This document shows positions 1 through 9,909 of a DNA stretch of 64,000 nt, one piece after another (the stretch's first letter is position 1; each line of letters begins with the position of its first letter). The notes beneath the pieces are model-generated. The model did no database searches and was not told the DNA's origin. It was given only the letters and a program-made list of their open reading frames with translations. Both the position numbers and the translations under genes were made by a program. Origin of the DNA: Spirochaetes bacterium GWE1_32_154 (GTDB lineage Bacteria > Spirochaetota > GWE2-31-10); NCBI GenBank assembly GCA_001829315.1, contig MIAY01000001.1, positions 136,927 through 200,926 on the forward strand. The letters run 5' to 3'.

Positions 1-549
1 ATAGCTAAAGCAAAAGATCCGATAAACTCACCGGCATCAGAAAAAACAGGTGATGCAATAACAAAGAAAGCATTTCCTGTGGTTTGTGATTTAAGGACTT
101 TTGTATCATAAAAAGTTCTTACAGTTTCAGTTTTCATAACACCCCAAAAGGCTTGCCCGGACATATCAAGACCTATAGCATTTTTATCCGGTGCATTTGC
201 AATGATTTTACCCGTTTTATTGGTAAAAAAAGCACTTTCAATAATATCAGATGATTTATATGAATCTTCGATAAGTGCATGTATTTTATCGTATTTTCCT
301 GATGTTATTTCATCAATTACTGCTTTTCGTAATGTACCAAGATACACTCTTCTTCCCAGATTTGTAAATTCTGTTTCAATCTGTTCCCCTAACTGAACAG
401 CCCCCTGTTGCATTGACTGAAATTGTATTTTATACACACCACTTTGCACAACGGAACTAACAATAAGTATCACCGTAGAAAATATTATGGTAAAAATAAG
501 TGATACAAAAAGCACTATTTTTAACGCAAGTGACATTTTTTTCTTCATG
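1..549 (-). CDS. Membrane sensor protein, N-terminal part (signal/TM followed by a Cache-like extracytoplasmic domain). Gene continues beyond the window start. Likely a methyl-accepting chemotaxis protein or a sensor kinase.
   Basis: Reverse-strand ATG at 547-549 preceded by an RBS. Translation begins MKKKMSLALKIVLFVSLIFTIIFSTVILIVSS (a TM helix), then a hydrophilic sensor-like region. The reading frame stays open to position 1. Confidence 0.4.
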
Positions 550-632
550 ATCAACTCCTATGTATAAAAAATGATATTCAATATATATAATGATAGTTAT
601 TAATGAGATTCCTGTCAATAGCATACAAAAAA

Positions 633-1436
633 TTATGAACCGGCACTCTCATATTTATTTATGCCTTGAAGCCATATCCAATATGAAAGGCAGGCAAAAA
701 TAAGACTCATCATTACCGTTCCACCGATTGCAAATAAGACCGGTAATTTATTGACAAAATATGCTGCAGGAAAAAAAGCGGTAAAACCAAATGGAATTAT
801 ATAGCAAATAATAAACTGAACTACTTTCCCGTAAATCGTAACCGGATATTTTGCAAAATCACTTACTGAATATACCATGTGCATAACAGACCTTGAGTCT
901 TTAAACCAAAATGATAATGAAGCAAAAATCAGTTTTATTGATGCGTAAATAACAGTACCGGCTATAATACTGATTATTAACAAAAATATATTGAGAATTG
1001 AAAATGATATATTCAGTTTCACAATACTTATTGATAAAAGAACAATCCCGACAATTAATTCACCAAAAGCATCAGGTTGAAAAACTTCTGATAACAGTTG
1101 AAATAACGGATTAATCGGACGCAGAAGATAACGGTCAAATTCACCTTTAACAACAATATTAAAACTTAAAAACCACAAATTATCTGTTAATAAATGATCC
1201 AAACCCCGCGGAATTTGCGCAAACCCGTAAATAAAAAGAATTTCATAATAACTCCATCCATTAATATCAGGAATCTGTTCAAATACAACTTGAATAAATA
1301 AAATGCCTATAATTTGAATGAAAAAAAAACCAATTAGCCCGGTTATAAAATCAAATCTATATTCCATAATTCTTTTTAAGTATTGGGATGTAAATATTGA
1401 ATAAATTTTAAAAAATCGTTGAATTTTCATTATCAA
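633..1436 (-). CDS. ABC-2 family transporter permease (COG3694/COG4587-like)
   Basis: 267-aa polytopic membrane protein. It overlaps the next permease by 4 nt and sits downstream of an ABC ATPase. Confidence 0.6.
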   Translation of the reverse strand: MIMKIQRFFKIYSIFTSQYLKRIMEYRFDFITGLIGFFFIQIIGILFIQVVFEQIPDINGWSYYEILFIYGFAQIPRGLDHLLTDNLWFLSFNIVVKGEFDRYLLRPINPLFQLLSEVFQPDAFGELIVGIVLLSISIVKLNISFSILNIFLLIISIIAGTVIYASIKLIFASLSFWFKDSRSVMHMVYSVSDFAKYPVTIYGKVVQFIICYIIPFGFTAFFPAAYFVNKLPVLFAIGGTVMMSLIFACLSYWIWLQGINKYESAGS

Positions 1437-2254
1437 CCACCTAAAATTGTAAGTTTCTTAATTGCCTGCTTCCAGATAAACATTGATAAACCCCAAATAA
1501 TTATAAGCCACGATATTTGAACTGCCATCATTATCAACATATCATTTCCGATTAATTTCCCGGAGTAAATCATAACCGGCGTATAAATCATTGATGAAAA
1601 AGGCATGTATTGTATAATTATTCTTAAATAACCCGAAAAAAAATCTATCGGTATCATACGCCCTGATAGAAAATTAACAATAGCAAACATCGCTACAGAA
1701 ATTCCCCAGATACTTGTTGTAAAAAATGAAATCGTTGCAATCATAAAAGTAAAAAAGAAATATATCAGATAACTTATTAAACAACTGAAAATAAATAAAA
1801 CAATCGTGCCTATCCCGGGTGGCAGTATATTGTGTGCAAAAAATAAATATCCGGTCAGAATAATAAATAACGGCAGAATATAATATAATAATACATTAAT
1901 CAGATTACCGAGTGATAAGAAAAGAATCTGAAAATGATAATTTATCGGTTTAATCAAGCTCATGGAAATCAAACCGGATCTTACTTCATTAGGAATTGTT
2001 TCTAACGCATTCGATGACATAATTACATTTGCAATCAAATCACTGATTACAATATAGATTATCATCTCAATCATTGAAAAATTCATCAGTTCGGTTTTCC
2101 CCGAACTTTTATAAATTGCCTGCCAGAGATAGAGCGTGACAAAAACCCTTAATAATCTCGCAGACATAAAGAAAAAGAAATTCAATCTATACGTAACAAA
2201 AGTCTGAAGCGTCGCACCGGTAAAAGGAAGATATTTTTTGAAAAAATTACTCAT
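1433..2254 (-). CDS. ABC-2 family transporter permease
   Basis: 273-aa polytopic membrane protein. It is translationally coupled (4-nt overlaps) to the flanking ATPase and permease genes. Confidence 0.6.
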   Translation of the reverse strand: MSNFFKKYLPFTGATLQTFVTYRLNFFFFMSARLLRVFVTLYLWQAIYKSSGKTELMNFSMIEMIIYIVISDLIANVIMSSNALETIPNEVRSGLISMSLIKPINYHFQILFLSLGNLINVLLYYILPLFIILTGYLFFAHNILPPGIGTIVLFIFSCLISYLIYFFFTFMIATISFFTTSIWGISVAMFAIVNFLSGRMIPIDFFSGYLRIIIQYMPFSSMIYTPVMIYSGKLIGNDMLIMMAVQISWLIIIWGLSMFIWKQAIKKLTILGG

Positions 2255-3306
2255 AACTGCTTTCCCAAACCGGTTTTTCCGGAATAAATATTTTTTACAA
2301 TCTCTTCAATCGCTGTTTCTTTAATGGTAACATCAAGAATCGGGGTATGTTTGATAATTGCTGATAAAATATCCCCCGATTGGATTTTATTTTTATTGTA
2401 TGAAACACTCAGTGATGCACCACAAATTTCAACCTGCAAATCGGTCGTATTTTTTTGCAATACTGTATTTAGATCAAGACCTCCCGCACCATCCAATGAA
2501 GCTAAATCTACTGAAATGTTTTTCATATACCCGTAGGTATTTTTTATTTCTTTAATTGAACCGTCGTATATCTTTTCACCCTGATCAATTATAATAATTC
2601 TTTTACACAGTTCTTCAATATCCTGAAGATCATGGGTTGTAAGAATGACGGTTGTTTTAAATTCATTATTAATATCCCGAATACCTTTTAGCATACTTGC
2701 TTTAACCATAATATCAAGCCCGATAGTCGGTTCATCAAGATACAATATTTTAGGATTATGGATAAGTGACGCAGCCAGATCAGCACGCATTCTTTGCCCC
2801 AGTGAAAGAGTTCTCACCGGAGAGGAAATAAAATCTTTTAAACCAAGCAAATCATTCATAAATTCATAGCGTACTTTGTAATCTTTATCTGATACTTCGT
2901 AAATTTCTTTTAAAATACCGAAACTTTCAACAAGCGGTAAATCCCACCAGAGTTGAGTTCTTTGTCCGAAGACAACACCTATTTGTTTTGCATTTTCTTT
3001 TCTATTAAGATATGGAATTACGCCATTAATCTCACATTTTCCCGAAGTAGGAACCAGAATACCGGACATCATTTTTATTGTCGTTGATTTCCCTGCACCA
3101 TTTGCACCGATATAACCAACCATTTCACCATCCTGAATGGTGAAATTCATATTTTTCACAGCGTGTTTTTCTATAATTTCTCTTTTAAAAATGCCTTTTA
3201 TTGCACCTGCTAACCCGGTTCCACGCTTATACGTTTTAAATGTTTTATTGAGGTTTTCTACTTGTATCATATATTTTCCTTGATTCAGGATACTATCATA
3301 TTGCAA
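2251..3306 (-). CDS. ABC transporter ATP-binding protein (COG4586-like, with C-terminal extension)
   Basis: Walker A motif GANGAGKST, ABC signature LSLGQRMR, Walker B ILYLDEPT. A C-terminal extension of about 100 aa is typical of this ABC-2 subfamily. The true start may be the internal MIQVENL. Confidence 0.8.
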   Translation of the reverse strand: MQYDSILNQGKYMIQVENLNKTFKTYKRGTGLAGAIKGIFKREIIEKHAVKNMNFTIQDGEMVGYIGANGAGKSTTIKMMSGILVPTSGKCEINGVIPYLNRKENAKQIGVVFGQRTQLWWDLPLVESFGILKEIYEVSDKDYKVRYEFMNDLLGLKDFISSPVRTLSLGQRMRADLAASLIHNPKILYLDEPTIGLDIMVKASMLKGIRDINNEFKTTVILTTHDLQDIEELCKRIIIIDQGEKIYDGSIKEIKNTYGYMKNISVDLASLDGAGGLDLNTVLQKNTTDLQVEICGASLSVSYNKNKIQSGDILSAIIKHTPILDVTIKETAIEEIVKNIYSGKTGLGKQL

Positions 3307-3325
3307 TTATAAAGTCGATTGTATG

Positions 3326-4069
3326 TTAAATAATCATCAAAAAAAATGTATAGAATACAATTCCTGTTATAATAACGATATAATCGATTTTTCGTAAAGA
3401 TTCTTTAAAAATCACTCTGTTTCTATTTGAACATTTGATTTCCATTGCAAAAGCAGTTGTAATTGCTTTTCTGACCATATTCAAAATTAAAGGATTAAAA
3501 ATTAAAGATGCTTTTTTAATAGGATTTCTAATTGTAGTTCCCGCTTTAATTTTCAAAGCATTTGTAATTGCATTGTACTCCATAAATATTGCAGGTATAA
3601 ATTTAATAGTAAGCGAAATATATAATCCTAAATCAAGTTTATTAATTAACGGTATTTTTCTAAATACGATAGTTAATAAATCATTTATTTGAGATATTTT
3701 TGTTGTTGTCAAAACAATTTCTGTTGACAGAAAAGAAGTAATTAATCGCATAATAAAAAAAGATTGGGTTATAAAAGATGCTTTGTAGAATATAAAACCG
3801 GTTGAAAATGAAAAACCGCAAGAACCAAAAATCAATGCAAATAGACTTAAGTAAACAAGAAAAATTGACCGTTTTAACAAATCAATAAAACTAAGTTGTA
3901 TGAAAAAAATAATCACAATTAAAAACAAAAAAATCAAAACTGATACTGCACTATTTTCATTAAATATCATCAGATTGAGAATAAAAAAAACAACAATTTT
4001 AGCAACCGGATGTATCGTATGAAGAAATGATTTATGATTTGAATATAAAAAAAGCGTTACTGAAGCCAT
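3326..4069 (-). CDS. ecfT: ECF transporter transmembrane (T) component EcfT/BioN
   Basis: 247-aa membrane protein immediately downstream of, and overlapping, an EcfA-type ATPase in a bioY operon. Confidence 0.6.
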   Translation of the reverse strand: MASVTLFLYSNHKSFLHTIHPVAKIVVFFILNLMIFNENSAVSVLIFLFLIVIIFFIQLSFIDLLKRSIFLVYLSLFALIFGSCGFSFSTGFIFYKASFITQSFFIMRLITSFLSTEIVLTTTKISQINDLLTIVFRKIPLINKLDLGLYISLTIKFIPAIFMEYNAITNALKIKAGTTIRNPIKKASLIFNPLILNMVRKAITTAFAMEIKCSNRNRVIFKESLRKIDYIVIITGIVFYTFFLMII

Positions 4070-4815
4070 GTGAGATCTTCTTTTTTTGTATAAGTTACAA
4101 ATGGATTTCTTAGTCCGAATTTGTTAAAATCAATTGTATGAATATCATTGGTTGTCATATCATACTTTATTAAACCATTATCTAAAATAACAAGTCTGTC
4201 AGCGTGCGATAACACTTTTTCAAGTTCATGCGTTAAAACAATAACTGTTTTCCCGTCAGATTGTAATTTAACGAGTGATTGCAAAACATTAACAATTGAA
4301 GGATAATCTAAATTTGCAAATGGTTCATCAAAAACCATTACCTCACAATTCATAGCAAGCATGCCGGCAATTGCAAGACGTCTTTTTTCACCACCCGATA
4401 ACGAATAAGGGTGGTTATCTTTTTTATCGGTTAGACAAGACCATTCTAAAACATTCTCAGTAATTGAAATAATTTCATCTTTTTTTAACCTTAGATTCTT
4501 TGGCCCGATAGCAATATCATCATACACAGTTTCACCTAAAATCTGGCTATCAGCATCCTGAAAAATAAGCCCGATTTTTCCTCGTATACTTTCAGGTTTT
4601 TTTACAATCGAAATGTCATTATAAAAGATATCACCGGTGTCAGGAGTTTCCAACCCTGATAAATGTTTCATTAATAGCGTTTTACCTGAACCGTTTTTAC
4701 CGGCGATTACTATAAATTCACCTTTATTAATAGTGAGATTAATCGTATCAAGACCTTTATAACCATTTTGAAAAGTATGTGAAATATTTTCTATTCGTAT
4801 AAAACTACCGGGCAT
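4057..4815 (-). CDS. ecfA: ECF transporter ATPase EcfA/BioM
   Basis: Walker A GKNGSGKT, signature LSGGEKRRL, Walker B MVFDEP. Adjacent to bioY and ecfT. Confidence 0.8.
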   Translation of the reverse strand: MPGSFIRIENISHTFQNGYKGLDTINLTINKGEFIVIAGKNGSGKTLLMKHLSGLETPDTGDIFYNDISIVKKPESIRGKIGLIFQDADSQILGETVYDDIAIGPKNLRLKKDEIISITENVLEWSCLTDKKDNHPYSLSGGEKRRLAIAGMLAMNCEVMVFDEPFANLDYPSIVNVLQSLVKLQSDGKTVIVLTHELEKVLSHADRLVILDNGLIKYDMTTNDIHTIDFNKFGLRNPFVTYTKKEDLTWLQ

Positions 4816-5360
4816 TATATCATCTCATGGATTATTGGTTTAAGTTTCCATCCAATACTGCCTGCGATAATTATTTTTATACTATCACCAATTAAATATG
4901 GCAACATTCCAACTTTAATTGCTTTTTCAAAAGTAAAACCCAATTTCATTTTTAACCATGTCACACCAATTGCATAAATTATAATTGATGCAATGATTAA
5001 TACAACATAACATCTAATTAAACCGGGTCTTTTTCCGTATGTTAATAAACCAATAATCACAACAGCAATAATGTAGGATAATAAATATCCGCCTGTCGGA
5101 CCCATTATATGTGCTATTCCTTTTCCGCCACCTGAAAAAACCGGTAATCCAATAATTCCAAGCAATAAATATATACTAATAGAAATAAATCCCCATAAAG
5201 GACCTAAAACGAAACCTGTTAATAAAATAAACATGTTTTGCAAAACAATTGGTATCGGTGAACCGGGAATTGGAAATGAAATATAGGCTCCCACGCAAAT
5301 AAGAGCTGCAAATAATGCTGCAAGAACTGACATAATCTGATTGTAATTTTTATTTCTCAC
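4815..5360 (-). CDS. bioY: Biotin transporter BioY (ECF S component)
   Basis: 181 aa. N-terminus VLAALFAALICVGAYISFPIPGSPIPIVLQNMFILLTG and the region GGKGIAHIMGPTGGYLLSY match the BioY family. Confidence 0.8.
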   Translation of the reverse strand: MRNKNYNQIMSVLAALFAALICVGAYISFPIPGSPIPIVLQNMFILLTGFVLGPLWGFISISIYLLLGIIGLPVFSGGGKGIAHIMGPTGGYLLSYIIAVVIIGLLTYGKRPGLIRCYVVLIIASIIIYAIGVTWLKMKLGFTFEKAIKVGMLPYLIGDSIKIIIAGSIGWKLKPIIHEMI

Positions 5361-6264
5361 TTTTTTCTCCTGGATATATTTTTATTTTATTTTGTCCATC
5401 GCTTACAATTGCCGCACCGGTTTGTGTGACATCCTCAACTATTCCATACGTATTTTGACTGCCGGCTTTATATTTTATTTTCTGTTTTGTTTGTATAACT
5501 AAACTCTTAAATTCATCAACCGGATTCTTTTTAGCATTTTGAGAGTCTCTATATTCATCTAAAAAGTGCTGTAAAATTTGCCTTCTCGAAATTTGTTTAT
5601 TAAGTATCGAATGAAGTGAAACACCTTCATTCAATTCAACCATATTATTAACATTTACACCGATTCCAATGTTTATAAATTTACACCGGTCACCGGCAAT
5701 ATAACTTTCTGATAAAACACCGGCAATTTTTTTATCGCCGTATAAAATATCATTTGGCCATTTTAATGAAACATCAATAGAAAAATATTTTTGCATAACA
5801 TTATGAAGAATAACTAATGAACGAAATGATTCCTGTAAATATAAATGCGCCGGTATTTGTTTTTTATTTATCACTGTAAAAAATAGACCACCATTTTGAG
5901 AAGACCAGTATCTTCCTTTTGTTCCTCTACCGTTATTTTGCGATTCTGCAACAATTATCGTTCCGTCATCGTAATGTCCATTCGAGGCTACATCCATTGT
6001 TGAATTTATTGAAGAAAAATGTTCAATTTTATTTGAATATTCAGCAAACTCCCATGGATACAAATAATCTTCCGATGTATCAATGGTATAACCCTTTGCA
6101 CCCGATTGAATAATGTAACCTGCTTCTTTAAGTGCTTTTATATGTTTCCATAATGCCACACGTGAAAAACCAAGTTCATTACTCATTAACTCGCCTGATA
6201 CCGGTTGTGAATTATTACGAAGTGTATCTAATATTTTTTTTCTTATTACATTGGTGTTAACCAT
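5350..6264 (-). CDS. birA: Bifunctional biotin-[acetyl-CoA-carboxylase] ligase / biotin operon repressor BirA
   Basis: N-terminal HTH (LGFSRVALWKHIKALKEAGYII) followed by a biotin protein ligase catalytic domain. The ORF track extends to a GTG at 6285, but the ATG at 6262-6264 (MVNTNVIRKK) is the more likely start. It overlaps the bioO-like palindrome. Confidence 0.8.
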   Translation of the reverse strand: MVNTNVIRKKILDTLRNNSQPVSGELMSNELGFSRVALWKHIKALKEAGYIIQSGAKGYTIDTSEDYLYPWEFAEYSNKIEHFSSINSTMDVASNGHYDDGTIIVAESQNNGRGTKGRYWSSQNGGLFFTVINKKQIPAHLYLQESFRSLVILHNVMQKYFSIDVSLKWPNDILYGDKKIAGVLSESYIAGDRCKFINIGIGVNVNNMVELNEGVSLHSILNKQISRRQILQHFLDEYRDSQNAKKNPVDEFKSLVIQTKQKIKYKAGSQNTYGIVEDVTQTGAAIVSDGQNKIKIYPGEKSEK

Positions 6265-6284
6265 ATTTAATTGTATGGTTAACA
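6255..6284. promoter_or_regulatory. BirA operator (bioO)-like palindrome TGTTAACC-N14-GGTTAACA
   Basis: Perfect 8-bp half sites with a 14-bp spacer that straddle the birA start codon. This matches the known low-GC BirA site architecture (TGTtAACC-N14-16-GGTtAACA). Confidence 0.6.
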
Positions 6285-6308
6285 CAATATTTGTTTTAAA
6301 TCAAGAAA

Positions 6309-7808
6309 TTATTCAACAAACCGTATAAGATTTGGTTTGTCAAATAATAATTTTGTATCATGCAGATTTTTTACAGAAAAACTTTTTGGTTTCTTTTCAT
6401 AGTATGTAATTTTAGATTTATCAAGAAAATCAAAAAATGTATTCTTTTCTGTATTTGGGATAAGAAAAATCGAATTCGGTTTCATTTCATACGCATTAAC
6501 CAAACCATTTTCAATCAATTTTGAAATAATTTTACCTTTTTCTTCTGTTTCACAAAAGAATAATGTACCTTCTATCATATAATATGAACTATGTTTTTCA
6601 TACCAGCTTTTGATTGTAGATTCTACATTTGAAGTTAACTCTACAGAATGATCATTAACAAAATCAAGAAAATAACTATAGGCAAAACCTGAATGAATTG
6701 ATCTTTTTATAGAAATATCATTTATTTCAAATTCTGCAACTTTATCATATTTAACAAGATTAGAAAAAATTGCGTTCTTAAAAAAATCAGGCTCTGTAGT
6801 ATCCGAATTAATATAAATTGAATAATTAGAACTCAATTTAATATCCATCTTTTTGTTAACAAACGTTTCATAATATTTAACCGTAATCATATCATCATTA
6901 ATGGCAAAAAAATCAATTTTCAATAAAAAGTTTATTATTCCAATAATATCAATTTTGAATGGTTCATTTTTTAATTCAGAAGAAAGAAAACAGGATTTAT
7001 ATAAATCTTTGAATGAATTAACATTAATTACGCAATTTGTTTTATTTTCATAAATTGTATCAATCACAAAATTAAGATATGGAAACACCGTTTTAAGTAT
7101 TTCAAGCATCTTTTCATGTGGTTTCAAATTAAAAAATGCTTCAACAGCAATCCAGTCGATTTCATCATTATTTACAAAACTAAATGAACAAAAATATGCA
7201 ATTATATCATATTCTTCTTTTGTAAAACCGGTAAATGAATTAAAAACCTGTTGTAACTCATCAAAATCTTTTTTATACAACGTACCTGATTTAGAAAACT
7301 TAATTTCTTTTGTTAACATATACAATAATAAATTGCTGATGTGCGCAAGACTTATACTATCATAAGAGTTACTTGTATCATTATTTAATAATTGTATATT
7401 AACCGGTTCAATGGCCGATTTCTTTGTCAGAAGTGCAGGAACAATAATATATCTGTTTTCGCGAACAAAAATGAAATTTTTGTTCTGCAAATTGGAGATG
7501 ATCTTACCGATGATTGACGGATGTTCTCCAAGTAAAATACTGATTTTTTCATTTATAAATGTTATAGGTGTTTTTGGCAAAATTGATAATAACCGTAATA
7601 CATTCACTTCCGAATTATTTAATTTTTCAATTAATTTCTCAACGACACCTTCATTGTTTAATAAAGATTTAAGGCTCGTCACATATGTGTCGGAAGATTT
7701 CTTTAGTAAAACAGGACCAAAAAACAATTCATACAATCTTAAAATTTCATCTTCTAATAATTCATTTAAACTTTCTACTTCAAACATAATATTTCCTCTG
7801 GTTTCCAA
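6309..7808 (-). CDS. XPB-associated protein of unknown function, possibly a Bax1-like nuclease partner
   Basis: 499-aa ORF whose start overlaps the 3' end of the XPB helicase gene by 34 nt, which implies an operon. I recognise no motif in it. The Bax1 suggestion rests only on the conserved XPB-Bax1 gene order in archaea. Confidence 0.3.
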   Translation of the reverse strand: METRGNIMFEVESLNELLEDEILRLYELFFGPVLLKKSSDTYVTSLKSLLNNEGVVEKLIEKLNNSEVNVLRLLSILPKTPITFINEKISILLGEHPSIIGKIISNLQNKNFIFVRENRYIIVPALLTKKSAIEPVNIQLLNNDTSNSYDSISLAHISNLLLYMLTKEIKFSKSGTLYKKDFDELQQVFNSFTGFTKEEYDIIAYFCSFSFVNNDEIDWIAVEAFFNLKPHEKMLEILKTVFPYLNFVIDTIYENKTNCVINVNSFKDLYKSCFLSSELKNEPFKIDIIGIINFLLKIDFFAINDDMITVKYYETFVNKKMDIKLSSNYSIYINSDTTEPDFFKNAIFSNLVKYDKVAEFEINDISIKRSIHSGFAYSYFLDFVNDHSVELTSNVESTIKSWYEKHSSYYMIEGTLFFCETEEKGKIISKLIENGLVNAYEMKPNSIFLIPNTEKNTFFDFLDKSKITYYEKKPKSFSVKNLHDTKLLFDKPNLIRFVE

Positions 7809-9493
7809 TAATCTATTTCGTAATTATAACCTTGCTCTGTTAAAAATCGTTGTCTCTTATGTGCATACTCTTCTTCAATTGAATCTTTTGTTGTCAACGT
7901 GTAAAAATAAGAAACATTGTGTTTTTTAGGTCTTAAAATTCTACCAAGTCGCTGTGCTTCTTCCTGTCTTGACCCATACGTCCCGCTTACTTGAAATAAT
8001 ACATTTGCGTCGGGCAAGTCAATCGAGAAATTTGCAACTTTACTTACAACAAGTGCTTTAATTTCACCTTCCCTGAATTTCTTATATAATTCATCACGCA
8101 TTGAATTAGGAGTTTTCCCTGTAATTAATGGTATATTTAATTCTTCTGATATTGTCTTTAATTGATCAATATAATGACCTATTATCAGAATATGCTGATC
8201 CTGGTATTTTGTCAACAAATCTTTTATAACAAGTAATTTTAACGGGTTTTGTGCTGCAATTGTAAATTTTGATTTAAGATCTGATGTCAGATAATCAATT
8301 GTTTGTTCTTCCAATAAAGGAATTTTGATTTCATAACAACGGGCTTCTGAAATCCAGCCCTGTTTCTCAAGAACTTTCCATGGTGTATCAAATTTTTTGG
8401 GGCCTATTAAACAAAAAACATCTTTCTCATGACCATCTTCACGGATTAATGTTGCTGTCAAACCAAGTCTTCGCTTACTTTGTATACCGGATGTTATTTT
8501 AAAAATAGGCGCCGGTAATAAATGAACTTCATCATATATTATCAAACCCCAATTCTGTGCCTGAAAAATCCCCAAATGAGGAAACGGGCTTTCTTTATCT
8601 TTTCGATATATCAATATCTGATATGTGGAAACCGTTATTGGTTTAATTTCCTTTTTATCACCGGTATATTCGCCAATCATATCTTCTGTAATATCTGTTT
8701 TATCAAGGATCTCTTTAATCCATTGATGAACTGATGCAACACTTGTTGCCAATATTAACGTATAACTTTTTATCCTGGTTAAAATGTCAATGCCTATTAT
8801 TGTTTTTCCTGATCCGCATGGTAAAACAATTGTTCCGTGACCACCTAAATCTGTTCCTGATTGATAAAAAGCATCAGTTGCTAATTTCTGATATTGCCGC
8901 AGAACAAAATCTTTCCCTGTTTTTGTATGTTTAACAATATTAATCTCAAGAGGATCACCGGGTGTATAACCTGCTATATCATAAATTGGAATATTCTGGT
9001 TGAAAAAATCAACTTTCAAATCCCCTCGTCTTAAAATATCAATTTTGTATTTACCATCTGAGATTTTATTGAAAAGATATTTTTTTAACTTATCCATAGA
9101 AAATGCTTCTAATTCAATTTTACTGTCTTTAATATGTAAAATGACAGATTCGTCTGTCGTATCTTTTAATAACTCAACCTTACCAAATCTTGAATATATA
9201 ATTCTTATTGTTTCAACAACATTTTGCGGGACATCAAATTTAGAATATTTATGTAATACAGCAACTATTTCTTCAAATTTAATCCCCATTGCAGAAGCAT
9301 TCCATATACTTATTGAACTAATTTGATAGGTATGAATATGCTCCGGAGATTTTACAAGTTCTGCAAATTTAACTAATTCATTTCTTGCTTCTTCAAATTT
9401 GTTATTATATACTTCAAGAAGCAATGAACTGTCACTCTGTACAATAAGCGGGTTAGTCGGGTCTATAGTATTACTCCAATTTTTCTTTTCCAA
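7775..9493 (-). CDS. XPB/ERCC3(RAD25)-family ATP-dependent DNA helicase
   Basis: Walker A LPCGSGKT, DEVH box (IIYDEVHLLPA), and the RED motif (TLIREDGHE) characteristic of XPB. An N-terminal domain of about 200 aa precedes the helicase core, and SF2 C-terminal motifs are present. Confidence 0.7.
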   Translation of the reverse strand: MEKKNWSNTIDPTNPLIVQSDSSLLLEVYNNKFEEARNELVKFAELVKSPEHIHTYQISSISIWNASAMGIKFEEIVAVLHKYSKFDVPQNVVETIRIIYSRFGKVELLKDTTDESVILHIKDSKIELEAFSMDKLKKYLFNKISDGKYKIDILRRGDLKVDFFNQNIPIYDIAGYTPGDPLEINIVKHTKTGKDFVLRQYQKLATDAFYQSGTDLGGHGTIVLPCGSGKTIIGIDILTRIKSYTLILATSVASVHQWIKEILDKTDITEDMIGEYTGDKKEIKPITVSTYQILIYRKDKESPFPHLGIFQAQNWGLIIYDEVHLLPAPIFKITSGIQSKRRLGLTATLIREDGHEKDVFCLIGPKKFDTPWKVLEKQGWISEARCYEIKIPLLEEQTIDYLTSDLKSKFTIAAQNPLKLLVIKDLLTKYQDQHILIIGHYIDQLKTISEELNIPLITGKTPNSMRDELYKKFREGEIKALVVSKVANFSIDLPDANVLFQVSGTYGSRQEEAQRLGRILRPKKHNVSYFYTLTTKDSIEEEYAHKRQRFLTEQGYNYEIDYWKPEEILCLK

Positions 9494-9553
9494 TTATAGC
9501 ATTTTAGCGGTTCAATGCAAGCAATTATATACTTTATAAATAGAGAAGGCAAA

Positions 9554-9904
9554 ATGAGTAAAAAAAATGATAATAATTATGTATTTTCTTACAATTCTGA
9601 GGGTGAAATGCCCAAACACTTCTTTGATAAGTCCGGAAATTTCATCGGAAATGTAAATAAATCAAATGACGGATTTATTAGAGTTCAATTAGACAAAAAA
9701 TCAAGAGGTGGGAAAACAGTAACTCTTGTCTGGGGTTTTAATGAAACCGCCGATATTAATACAATTTGTAGTGAATTAAAAAAAAAATCAGCATCAGGCG
9801 GAGCTGTTAAAGAAAGTAAAATCGAAATACAGGGTGACAAATTAGCAGTTATTGAAAAATATTTACTTGATAACAATTACAAAGTAAAAAAAGTTGGCGG
9901 TTAA
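9554..9904 (+). CDS. yciH: Translation initiation factor SUI1/YciH family
   Basis: C-terminal region KTVTLVWGFNETADINTICSELKKKSASGGAVKE...IEIQGD is the SUI1 fold signature. The ATG at 9554 has an upstream AGAAGG RBS; the ORF track began at 9515. Confidence 0.7.
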   Translation: MSKKNDNNYVFSYNSEGEMPKHFFDKSGNFIGNVNKSNDGFIRVQLDKKSRGGKTVTLVWGFNETADINTICSELKKKSASGGAVKESKIEIQGDKLAVIEKYLLDNNYKVKKVGG

Positions 9905-9909
9905 GTATT

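Noticed and set aside
202-396. 64-aa plus-strand ORF at the window start
   Set aside because: It lies antisense within the longer minus-strand sensor-protein frame that runs off the window. It has no RBS and a low-complexity translation.
2324-2869. Three short plus-strand ORFs (70, 65, 74 aa) inside the ABC ATPase gene
   Set aside because: They are antisense to a confidently identified ABC ATPase with intact Walker and signature motifs. Such ORFs are typical AT-rich antisense artefacts.
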